Shown: positions 55,981-64,000 of the stretch, piece by piece
Numbering within the stretch: position 1 is the stretch's first letter
Layout: each line of letters opens with the position of its first letter
Assembly: GCA_030018135.1 (NCBI GenBank)
Contig: JASEGJ010000001.1
Coordinates: 64,001 to 128,000, forward strand
Reading direction: 5' to 3'
Length of the DNA: 64,000 bases
Source: Candidatus Hodarchaeaceae archaeon
Lineage (GTDB): Archaea > Hadarchaeota > Hadarchaeia > Hadarchaeales > Hadarchaeaceae
The notes under the pieces: model-generated
Seen by the model: only the letters and a program-made list of their open reading frames with translations
What the model was told of the DNA's origin: nothing
The model's database searches: none
Position numbers and translations under genes: made by a program

Positions 55981-56403
55981 ATGGAACTGCGGTGCGATAT
56001 CGTGGGCATCGAGACCTTACCAGTGACATTGTTGCTCGGCACGATAATCGGCGCTTGTGCGCTCGGGCTCGGGGCCAGATGCCTAACCAACTTGCAAAGC
56101 CTGACGGAGAAACAGCGAGCGACCGAGAGCTTTGATGCCCTTGTGGAGCGGGCAACGGCAGTCGGCATGGGCGGTGCTGGTGGCAGGCAGCGGGTCGAAC
56201 TTGACCTGCCCAACAGCAAGATAGTCTGCCGCGGAAGGCTCCTACAGCTTGTTTTGGACGATGAGATACGAAGGAGCAAAATCATGCCCCTGCCGATCCT
56301 CGTCGATGGCAACGATGCATGGGAAATCAATACCGGGTACTACGAGATCGAACTCCGCCGAGATAATTTTGGCAATTGTCTCCTAAAGCTGCGGAGGCTT
56401 TGA
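55981..56403 (+). CDS. Pilin-like protein
   Basis: G|IETLPVTLLL hydrophobic N-terminus. Confidence 0.6.
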   Translation: MELRCDIVGIETLPVTLLLGTIIGACALGLGARCLTNLQSLTEKQRATESFDALVERATAVGMGGAGGRQRVELDLPNSKIVCRGRLLQLVLDDEIRRSKIMPLPILVDGNDAWEINTGYYEIELRRDNFGNCLLKLRRL

Positions 56404-56405
56404 CG

Positions 56406-56831
56406 ATGAACCAGCATGGATTGCTCATGGATTTTCTATTTTGCAAGATCGGCGTGGCGCTCGCGGCGATATCGTTGATCGGCGCTTCCATGGCAATGTC
56501 ATCAAGCTTTCAACGCGAGACAGGACGGGATGAGCTAGCGGCGGTGGGAGATACTATTGCACGCGCAATTTTTGCGGCTGATGCCATGCCCGGCGAGGTG
56601 CAACTTGTGCGCGAACTTCCACCCCTTCGACAACAGTTTAGGATTACAATCGTTGGCGCTCGCAGCGACGGCATGCAAGTTGTCCACGTACTCGTGGACG
56701 GTCGAAGTCAGGATAGACGCGTAATAATGGTGGGGAACAAGGTCAACGGCGGCGAGTTTGAGTTCAGCTACAGCAACCCCTCGATTGTTATGGTGAGCAA
56801 AAATGAGCAAATTTTCTTGGGGTTGGTCTAA
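56406..56831 (+). CDS. Pilin-like/membrane-anchored protein
   Basis: MNQHG|LLMDF followed by a TM helix. Confidence 0.6.
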   Translation: MNQHGLLMDFLFCKIGVALAAISLIGASMAMSSSFQRETGRDELAAVGDTIARAIFAADAMPGEVQLVRELPPLRQQFRITIVGARSDGMQVVHVLVDGRSQDRRVIMVGNKVNGGEFEFSYSNPSIVMVSKNEQIFLGLV

Positions 56832-57284
56832 TTGGATCAACTTTCGGTTGGCGAGGACCTTTTCGCGACGCTCATCGTTGCCAGCCTAGCAGTACTGTTC
56901 GTTGCGGCGCTAGTGCACTCCTACCATGTGTACGCTGAGCGAAAAAATGCCCAAGAGGGCTTAAGCCTAGCGCTCGACATCGCGAACCAGCTTAAAAATG
57001 AAGTCTTAGCCAAGCACGAGAACTATGTATGCCCCGGACTCATCAACCTAAAGACATTCGACAAGGAACTTTCAAGATACCACCAACTGCTCTTTAAACA
57101 GGGGATAAAGCTACGCGTCGAGGTTAGAAAGCTAGACGGTGAGCTCGCCCTAGCTTATGGCGCCAAAGCCAGCCAGCTCGGTCGATATTTCTCGCCCCCA
57201 TGCTCCGTGAGCCTTCCTGTCACCATTGCCGAAACGCCCGCATCCCGCTCGCTCGGTGAGCTGATAGTGTGGGTTTGGAGGTAG
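56832..57284 (+). CDS. Pilin-like/membrane-anchored protein
   Basis: N-terminal TM, C-terminal VWVW beta strand. Confidence 0.6.
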   Translation: MDQLSVGEDLFATLIVASLAVLFVAALVHSYHVYAERKNAQEGLSLALDIANQLKNEVLAKHENYVCPGLINLKTFDKELSRYHQLLFKQGIKLRVEVRKLDGELALAYGAKASQLGRYFSPPCSVSLPVTIAETPASRSLGELIVWVWR

Positions 57285-57288
57285 CAAA

Positions 57289-57948
57289 ATGGACAGACGC
57301 GGTCAAGGGCATGTGGTCGACATGTTGGTTTTTGCGTTGATGGTAACTCTCGCGTGCTCGCTCTTAGTTAAGGCAAGCCCGGTTGAGTCTCGGGCGATAA
57401 ACGATCGCTACGCCGCCAACCTCGCACAAAGTATATTGTTGACGCTTCAAAACGCGACTGCGGACGAGTTCGGGGGCCTTGAATATTCGCTTGATCTTCG
57501 GACGGCTTGGGGGCCTAGCGAGCGCAAGTTAAAACACAAAACACTGGCACAGCTGTTGGTTGAGGATGCGCTTTGCAACCTGCGCGCAGAGATCAACGGT
57601 CGTGAAGTCGCGGGGCTTAGGTCGAGCCAAGATCTAGACAATAAAGTCCACAAGTTCTTGACTGACGTACTAAGCAAGCTGATCGGCGGGCGTTTTGACT
57701 ACAGCTTGACGGCGAGGGCGGAATCCTTAAAAATCTCGTCAACTGTTCGAGTTTATTTTGAGACCTCGATCAAAAGCTTGAGCGGCGAGGAGCAGCGGCA
57801 GCAAATTTGTTCAGAAACGATCGCGATGAGTTTGCCCATCCCCAAGCAGGAGTTAGTTGTGCGCCTCCTGAGCATAAATCCGATCGAGCTCTTTCAACTT
57901 GAGCCGGAAATTGCCGTTGAAATAACTCTCAGCTTGTGGTCGAGATGA
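57289..57948 (+). CDS. Pilin-like protein
   Basis: MDRRG|QGHVVDMLVF class III-like signal; C-terminal LSLW. Confidence 0.65.
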   Translation: MDRRGQGHVVDMLVFALMVTLACSLLVKASPVESRAINDRYAANLAQSILLTLQNATADEFGGLEYSLDLRTAWGPSERKLKHKTLAQLLVEDALCNLRAEINGREVAGLRSSQDLDNKVHKFLTDVLSKLIGGRFDYSLTARAESLKISSTVRVYFETSIKSLSGEEQRQQICSETIAMSLPIPKQELVVRLLSINPIELFQLEPEIAVEITLSLWSR

Positions 57949-59204
57949 TGGAAAAGCACGGCTTCATGCCGTTCAGCGCAGCGGGTTTTCTCATTGTGAT
58001 GCTAGTTGTCGCGATGATCGGGCGTGCGGCGTGGTCGCAACATCATCAAACCATGAACGCGATCGATGACATCAACAGCATGTCGCTTTTAACCGTTACC
58101 GCGGGCGTTCAAAACGATCTTCGACATGTGGCGCGCTACGCGGTTTACAGGGCGCTCTGGCAGGTCTGCAAGCATGCTGATGACTACAAAAACGATGAGG
58201 CGCGTGTACAAGCGATTGAAAAGCTTGCAGCTGAGTACTTCCTCAAACATGCCGAAGGGCTACCGCAGGCCTACATTAGTGCGCGCGTCAGGCTTGAGCT
58301 TCCCGACGGCCAGCCATCCTTTAATCTGCGGCAGGCAGAAAACGGATATGTGCTCGCCAGGGTTGAATTGCCCGGGCAGGCACGCATAGGGATCAGTTCC
58401 CTCGACAACGGTACCAAGCTCACGCTTTCCTGCACTGGTTTCGAGGTTTGGGTTGATTGCCGCTATTTCCTGTTGCAGGAACGCATGCGCAAGTTTGTCG
58501 ATGATATCGATGAAGTTTGCTCAAGTTGGATGCGCGCCGAGTATGCTGCGGCCTGGGGACAGGCGTTGATGGGCCAGGTTTGGCTAAACGACAAACGCAG
58601 CAGGGCCCTTTTCGAGCTGGCTTGGAAGAATCACGAGCTTAATACCTTTGGGTCGGCCGACTATCTTGAAATGCCCACATCGGCGGAGTTTAACATGAGC
58701 GCACCTTCGGACATCAACTTTAACTCAAACATTGATATCGCGCCGGTGAGCGTTGCCGACGCACAAAGGATAGAGGGCCATATCGACCGCGCCCTCGCAG
58801 CCCTTCGCCGTGCGGAGGTGGGGTTGAAAAATGCCGAGGGATCGATCGAGGTGGCGCTCGACATCGTTCGAAAAAATTCCATTCTGTCAGAAAACTTGGA
58901 TGCCAAAAGCGCCATGCTCGGCAACGTGAAAAAGGAGCTAAACAAGGCCATTGAAACGCTAGAAAAGGCTGGGAGCGACGTTCGAGAAGTTGGCATGGAG
59001 TTTGAGCAACTCGTCGCATTCGTAAAAGGTAAGGCCGAGGGTAACCTGTTGATGAAATTGCTCTATCGTGGCTTGACCTCCTCCGACGGCAACTACCCGC
59101 CGCTGGCGCAACGCGTCTCTTTGGGCCTTGCGGGGGTTGAGGACAAATTAATGGGACTGTCGGTGGCAAATGAACAATATGCAGAAGCTCAGCGCATCGG
59201 ATAA
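57945..59204 (+). CDS. Large pilin-like protein, N-terminal part
   Basis: EKHG|FMPFSAAG followed by TM; coiled-coil region. Confidence 0.6.
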   Translation: MMEKHGFMPFSAAGFLIVMLVVAMIGRAAWSQHHQTMNAIDDINSMSLLTVTAGVQNDLRHVARYAVYRALWQVCKHADDYKNDEARVQAIEKLAAEYFLKHAEGLPQAYISARVRLELPDGQPSFNLRQAENGYVLARVELPGQARIGISSLDNGTKLTLSCTGFEVWVDCRYFLLQERMRKFVDDIDEVCSSWMRAEYAAAWGQALMGQVWLNDKRSRALFELAWKNHELNTFGSADYLEMPTSAEFNMSAPSDINFNSNIDIAPVSVADAQRIEGHIDRALAALRRAEVGLKNAEGSIEVALDIVRKNSILSENLDAKSAMLGNVKKELNKAIETLEKAGSDVREVGMEFEQLVAFVKGKAEGNLLMKLLYRGLTSSDGNYPPLAQRVSLGLAGVEDKLMGLSVANEQYAEAQRIG

Positions 59205-59976
59205 CTTGGGCTCGCTCGAAGACCACCTCGTCGAGCTTCACGAGGACGTCAAATTTCAAGTGTGGAGCTTGCTGGTCTCGCCCTCGCCAAAATACTGCGA
59301 GGAATATCAAGAATACCCTGACCCAGAAGTTTACAACTATGAAAGGGATGGTCCATCGTCGATCGTCCGAAGCGCCAATGTTTACATCCTCAGCGAGCCG
59401 GATGGTACGATAAGCGCATTAAGAGCAACCTTGTTGGATACAAGGAACAATTTGGAAAAAGTGGAAAGCGTAGCTAAAAACCTCGAACGAAAGCAAGAGG
59501 ACTTTAAAGGCGCAGAGATAAGCGAGGAGTTAAGACAATCCCCCGTGGGTTCAGACCCAAGGTTCCTCGATGGGCTCGACCGCGAGTGGGTGTACGAAAC
59601 CATACCGCCGCCCCCGATTCGAAAACAACCCGGGCTTTCGGTGTTTCATGATTTTAGCATCAAAGAAGTAAGATACGAAAGAAGGGACCCGCTGGGTTGG
59701 CTCGATGCGGGCGCGCCACCGACGCCGATACCCCTTTGGTTTATAGGCGTGACCCTGTACTGGGCACAGTGGGAGGTTACGCTCGAGCTAGAGGACAAGC
59801 CTGTCGAGGAGATATTTGACTTCGAAAATCCAGTGCTGCCCAGGTCGCTGCTTGAAGGGTCCAACGGTTTAACAATCGTTCATAAGCCGTTGGGGTACCG
59901 CTTTGAGGTGCCCCGCGAGCGGTTCAGCTTTACCTTGTTGATCGTCAGCCCGACGCCATTTGAAATCGATGCCTAA
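59170..59976 (+). CDS. Hypothetical protein, probably the C-terminal part of the preceding gene
   Basis: 35-nt overlap with upstream ORF, no signal; PPTPIPLW motif. Confidence 0.55.
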   Translation: MNNMQKLSASDNLGSLEDHLVELHEDVKFQVWSLLVSPSPKYCEEYQEYPDPEVYNYERDGPSSIVRSANVYILSEPDGTISALRATLLDTRNNLEKVESVAKNLERKQEDFKGAEISEELRQSPVGSDPRFLDGLDREWVYETIPPPPIRKQPGLSVFHDFSIKEVRYERRDPLGWLDAGAPPTPIPLWFIGVTLYWAQWEVTLELEDKPVEEIFDFENPVLPRSLLEGSNGLTIVHKPLGYRFEVPRERFSFTLLIVSPTPFEIDA

Positions 59977-60001
59977 AAGTGCGCGCAAGATCTCGAGGCC
60001 C

Positions 60002-60460
60002 TCAGAAGCCGGTTGCCCGCTTTCTACTACGGGCTTTTGTCTCAACCTGAACCATAAGCGCCTGGAGCTCCACGACACGTTCGTTGAGCTTTTCGAGTTC
60101 GTTTCCGACGAGTTGCAGTTCCCGCGAAAGCGCATCGATCCGGGCGAGCAGCGCAAAACGTGCGTCATCAAGCGCTTCTCTGAAGATTTCCCTAACTTCG
60201 GCTCCCAACCGTGATGTTCGCGGCTCAAGCTTGGCCTCTTGAAATTCGGCCGAAACGCGATCGATGAGCAAGTGAACCTGCTCGCCGGGCAGGCCTATGC
60301 CGGTCAGCGTGTCATATACCTCATCGTCGGCGAAGCCCAAGCGTTTCATGGACCTGATTACGTCCGAAGCTGCTACACCGCCATTTGATTTTGGCACACT
60401 TCCCGTTGAGCCTTTAGTCTGGAAAGGTTTAAAAACGGAAAACTTGCGGCGAGGCAACAA
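60002..60460 (-). CDS. Coiled-coil hypothetical protein (start uncertain)
   Basis: Heptad-rich C-terminus. Confidence 0.55.
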   Translation of the reverse strand: MLPRRKFSVFKPFQTKGSTGSVPKSNGGVAASDVIRSMKRLGFADDEVYDTLTGIGLPGEQVHLLIDRVSAEFQEAKLEPRTSRLGAEVREIFREALDDARFALLARIDALSRELQLVGNELEKLNERVVELQALMVQVETKARSRKRATGF

Positions 60461-60496
60461 CCTCGGTTAAGTTTTAGGATGTGAGTGCGTAGAAAA

Positions 60497-60528
60497 TGGT
60501 GGGTCAAAAAATTGGTGGGTCAAAAAAT
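60497..60528 (+). repeat. 16-bp tandem duplication TGGTGGGTCAAAAAAT x2
   Basis: Seen directly; spans the RBS/start of the macrodomain gene. Confidence 0.85.
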
Positions 60529-61045
60529 GATTAAGTTTGATAACATAACGGTCAGGATCAAACGCGGAGATCTAACTAAGGAAAGGGTCGATGCCATCTG
60601 TAACCCCGCAAACAGCCTGATGTTGATGGGCGGGGGTGCAGCGGGCGCGATAAAGCGGGCAGGAGGCAAGGGAATAGAGGAGGAGGCATTGAAGCACGCG
60701 CCAGTTTCCATTGGAAAGGCGGTCGCGACTGCCGCTGGCAGGCTCAGGGCACGATGGGTAATCCATGCGCCCACGATGGCCAAGCCAGCGATGCGCACTT
60801 CGAGCGAAAGCGTCTACCTCGCCACCAAAGCCGCGCTCGAGTGCGCCGAAAAAATGGGAGCTAAAAATTTCGCCATCCCCGGTATGGAGACGGGGATAGG
60901 TGGGGTCTCATTCGATGCCGCTGCTGGCGCGATGGTCAAAGCGCTCAGGGATTTCGGCCCAATATCGAGGTCGCTGAAGGAAATCGTTTTATGCGATTTG
61001 AGCGAGGAGATGGTCGGCGCTTGGGCGAGGGAGTTGACCAAATGA
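60527..61045 (+). CDS. Macrodomain (ADP-ribose-binding/hydrolase) protein
   Basis: GDLT, NPANS..MGGGAAGAI, VIHAPTM, PGMETGIGG. Confidence 0.92.
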   Translation: MIKFDNITVRIKRGDLTKERVDAICNPANSLMLMGGGAAGAIKRAGGKGIEEEALKHAPVSIGKAVATAAGRLRARWVIHAPTMAKPAMRTSSESVYLATKAALECAEKMGAKNFAIPGMETGIGGVSFDAAAGAMVKALRDFGPISRSLKEIVLCDLSEEMVGAWARELTK

Positions 61046-61962
61046 TAAAGCTTCAGGGTTTAACCCGCAAGTTTAACGGGCTCGTCGCGGTCGATGGCTT
61101 GACGTTCGAAGTTGGGGAGGGAGAGATCTTCGGCCTGCTGGGCCCCAATGGTGCTGGCAAGACCACGACGGTTCGGATGCTGTGCTGCCTCATCAAGCCG
61201 ACCGGGGGTAAAGCGTTCGTCGGTGGGTACGAGGTAGGCAAGGACGCGCTAAGGGTGAGGGAAATCGTCGGCCTGCTCCCCGAGGCGCCCGGGCTCTACG
61301 GCGAGCTAAGCGCGTACCGAAACCTAGAATTCTATGCCAAGCTTTACGGCGTACCCAAGCGGAGGCGCGAGGAAAATATTGAACGATTTCTGAAAATGCT
61401 CGGCCTTTGGGGGCGGAGGGACGACCCCGTTGCGACGTTTTCTAGGGGAATGCAGCAGAAGCTCGCGATCGTGCGGGCGATGGTCCACGAGCCCAAGGTC
61501 CTCTTCCTCGACGAACCGACCGCGGCCCTCGCACCCGAGTCCGCCAAGACCGTGCGCGATTTCATCCTGGAGCTTAAGCAGGAGCGGCGGACGATCTTCC
61601 TCTGCACCCACAACCTCCACGAGGCTGAGCGACTTTGCGACCGCGTGGCGATTACAAACAGCAAGTTAATAGCGATTGGCTCGCCGAGCGAACTCGAGCA
61701 GAAGTTCGGCCCGAGCAGGACCGAAATCCGCCTCGAGCGGGTGAGCAGAAAAATAGTGGATGCGGTCAGAAGGCTAAAGCACGTGAAGGGCGTCGAGGTG
61801 GTCGGGGACAAGCTAATGGTCGAGGTTGAGGACCCAGAGGCTGCAAACCCGGTGATAGTCGAGGCCGTAGTCAAGCATGGCGGAAGGGTGCGTTACGTGG
61901 CGCGCGCCGTCCATGCGCTCGAGGAAACCTACTTGAGGTTGGTGAGGGAAAGTGAGGCCTGA
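61042..61962 (+). CDS. ABC-2 type ATPase
   Basis: GPNGAGKTT, FSRGMQQK, LDEPT. Confidence 0.92.
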   Translation: MIKLQGLTRKFNGLVAVDGLTFEVGEGEIFGLLGPNGAGKTTTVRMLCCLIKPTGGKAFVGGYEVGKDALRVREIVGLLPEAPGLYGELSAYRNLEFYAKLYGVPKRRREENIERFLKMLGLWGRRDDPVATFSRGMQQKLAIVRAMVHEPKVLFLDEPTAALAPESAKTVRDFILELKQERRTIFLCTHNLHEAERLCDRVAITNSKLIAIGSPSELEQKFGPSRTEIRLERVSRKIVDAVRRLKHVKGVEVVGDKLMVEVEDPEAANPVIVEAVVKHGGRVRYVARAVHALEETYLRLVRESEA

Positions 61963-62734
61963 TAGGGTTTGGGAAATCGCGCGCAAGGACATGGCGAGCG
62001 TTAGAAGGCATAAGTACGTGCTCTACGGGCTTATAGGCATACCTTTAATTTTCGCTATATTTATCCCGATGGCCTCGATTTATCCGGTCGTGACTAGCGA
62101 GGAACCCTTGGATAACAAGCTGCCACCCTTTGCCCAGCCCGGGATGGCGCCGAAGCAGGCGGTGGTGACGGGATTGGCCAACATGGCCGTGCTCATGTTC
62201 ATGTTTCTGCCTGCTGCAATCCCTTCGACGATAGCATCCTACACCTTCGTCGGCGAGAAGGTGAATCGGCAGCTCGAGCCATTGCTCGCGACCCCCACGA
62301 CAGATCTCGAACTCCTGATCGGCAAGGGGTTGGGCGCGTTTGTGCCCGCGATGGCCGCGACCTTCGCGTCATTTGCGGGTTTGGTGGCGATCGTCGACGT
62401 GCTCACCTTCCCGCTATTTGGTTACCTCTTGCTGCCCAACCTGATTTCAGCGGTCGTCCTGCTGGTTTACGCCCCGCTGGTGTGCCTTCTGTCGGTCTCC
62501 TGGAGCATTTTCATCTCATCAAAAGTAAGCGATGTTAGGGCGGCAATGCAGTTGGGGATAGTGGGGATCGCCCCGGTTCTATTGTTCTACTTCCTGTTCA
62601 TGGGCGGGATTGTTTCGCTTGAGTGGATGACGCTCGTGGCCTTCGGGCTGGTGCTGGCCTCCGCAAGCGCTGGTTTATTCGCCCTGAGCAAGGCGACTTT
62701 TCAGAGGGAGGAGATTTTGACCAAGTGGAGGTGA
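61952..62734 (+). CDS. ABC-2 type permease
   Basis: VGEKVNRQLEPLLATP, 6 TM. Confidence 0.88.
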   Translation: MRPDRVWEIARKDMASVRRHKYVLYGLIGIPLIFAIFIPMASIYPVVTSEEPLDNKLPPFAQPGMAPKQAVVTGLANMAVLMFMFLPAAIPSTIASYTFVGEKVNRQLEPLLATPTTDLELLIGKGLGAFVPAMAATFASFAGLVAIVDVLTFPLFGYLLLPNLISAVVLLVYAPLVCLLSVSWSIFISSKVSDVRAAMQLGIVGIAPVLLFYFLFMGGIVSLEWMTLVAFGLVLASASAGLFALSKATFQREEILTKWR

Positions 62735-63021
62735 TCGCCCTGGGATACGCGGAGTTTAAGGCCCCAAAGGGCTTGATAAAGGTCGAGGTTGAGCTGGCGG
62801 GCGATAAAATTTCACGCGTATCAATCAGCGGGGATTTTTTTATGTACCCGGAGGAAGCGCTCGAGCGGCTTGAGGAGGAGTTGATCGGCGTTAGGGCAGA
62901 AAGGGAAAGCCTGCTAGCGGCGGTCCATAGATTTTACGGTTCGACCAGCATTCGGACTCCCATGGTCGAACCGGAGCACTGGGTGGAAGCAATTTTGCGC
63001 GCGTCAGGTGGGTCGCAATGA
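62731..63021 (+). CDS. Lipoate-protein ligase accessory (C-terminal-like) subunit
   Basis: KAPKGLIKV..ISGDFFMYPEE..LE. Confidence 0.85.
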   Translation: MIALGYAEFKAPKGLIKVEVELAGDKISRVSISGDFFMYPEEALERLEEELIGVRAERESLLAAVHRFYGSTSIRTPMVEPEHWVEAILRASGGSQ

Positions 63022-63824
63022 ATCCGTCAGTTGTTATAAATATAACAAAAGAAAGGGAAGGGCCGTGCAGCAGGTGGCGGCTGCTTCCGCTGAGGGTCGA
63101 TGACGCTTCCACAGCGATGGCGATCGATGAGGCGCTACTGAGGTTGAACGCGGAAGGCAAGTCACCAAATACGATTCGTTTCTGGCGCTGGCTGCCCTCT
63201 GCGGTCTCCATAGGCTGCTTTCAGAGCGTCGAGCGAGAGGTGGATCTCGAGGTGGCTAAAAAATATGGTGTAGATGTCGTGCGCCGCATCACGGGAGGCG
63301 GCGCTGTCTTCCATGATCACGACGGGGAGCTGACCTACAGCGTCGTTTGCGGGCAGGAGGACGTGCCGGCGGATATCGTGGAGTCCTATCGACTGATATG
63401 CGGCGGTTTGGTGCGGGGATTTGAGCGCTTGGGGATTCACGCCGAGTTCAAGCCGGTCAACGACGTTCAGGTCAACGGCAGAAAAATCTCGGGTAGCGCC
63501 CAGACCCGGCGATGGGGCTCGGTGCTCCAGCATGGCACGGTGCTCATCTCGCCGGATGTGCGGCGGATGTTCGAGCTGCTCAAGGTCAGCCCCGAAAAGA
63601 TCTCAGATAAGTTCATCGCCCCGGTGTTCGAGCGGGTGACGACGGTCGAAAGGGAGCTTGGGCGGAGGCCAGCTTTTGAGGAGGTTAGAGACGAGATGAG
63701 CGGAGGCCTCGCCGACGCCTTTGGCGTTGAACTCGTTGAGGCCGCGCTCTCGCGGGAGGAACTCGAGCTTGCAGCGGACCTTAGGTCAAAATATACTTCA
63801 CGGGAATGGCTGATGAAACGCTAG
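63018..63824 (+). CDS. lplA: Lipoate-protein ligase catalytic subunit
   Basis: MAIDEA, RRITGGGAVFHD, KISGSAQ, LQHGT. Confidence 0.92.
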   Translation: MNPSVVINITKEREGPCSRWRLLPLRVDDASTAMAIDEALLRLNAEGKSPNTIRFWRWLPSAVSIGCFQSVEREVDLEVAKKYGVDVVRRITGGGAVFHDHDGELTYSVVCGQEDVPADIVESYRLICGGLVRGFERLGIHAEFKPVNDVQVNGRKISGSAQTRRWGSVLQHGTVLISPDVRRMFELLKVSPEKISDKFIAPVFERVTTVERELGRRPAFEEVRDEMSGGLADAFGVELVEAALSREELELAADLRSKYTSREWLMKR

Positions 63825-64000
63825 GTTTTCAAGGGATTTTTCCACCCGCGAATTACCTGCATGCTTTTTTCGACGAGTGATTAAAAGTGGGAGATGGTGA
63901 GGGTGGGATGCTAGGCGAACTCCAACGGCAAGCATTTGAAACTAAGGTGAGACGAGATCCCACTTTTTGGGCCTGCTACCCCCATCCGCACTTCCCTACG

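Noticed and set aside
63908-64000. Possible gene start at the window end
   Set aside because: Too short to identify or support.

Overview
Archaeal chromosome segment, roughly mid-50s %GC by eye. Unsplit RpoB and the gene repertoire are consistent with a Hadarchaeia-like euryarchaeote (inference only). It holds the start of the S10 r-protein operon preceded by archease/rtcB, a nucleoside ABC/salvage cluster, the rpoH-B-A'-A''-rpl30e-nusA-rps12-rps7-tuf-rps10 operon, 5S rRNA and 8 tRNAs. It also holds nadX/nadA/nadC split by a ModE-regulated tungstate ABC cassette, five tandem CBS genes, a pilin-like cluster and several decayed genes. Main discovery: rtcB, the tRNA-splicing ligase gene, is interrupted in its conserved PDGHQGY^GFPIGG motif by a 29-nt hairpin insert. 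The insert has bulge-helix-bulge/loop geometry, and cutting it by the archaeal splicing-endonuclease rule restores the frame exactly, so it is a candidate mRNA intron that makes RtcB depend on its own ligase activity. The same gene carries a LAGLIDADG intein and lies next to free-standing LAGLIDADG ORFs. Six of the 8 tRNAs carry 10 introns in total, many non-canonical and some requiring ordered splicing. The tRNA-Met intron appears to encode a box C/D guide for its own C34.
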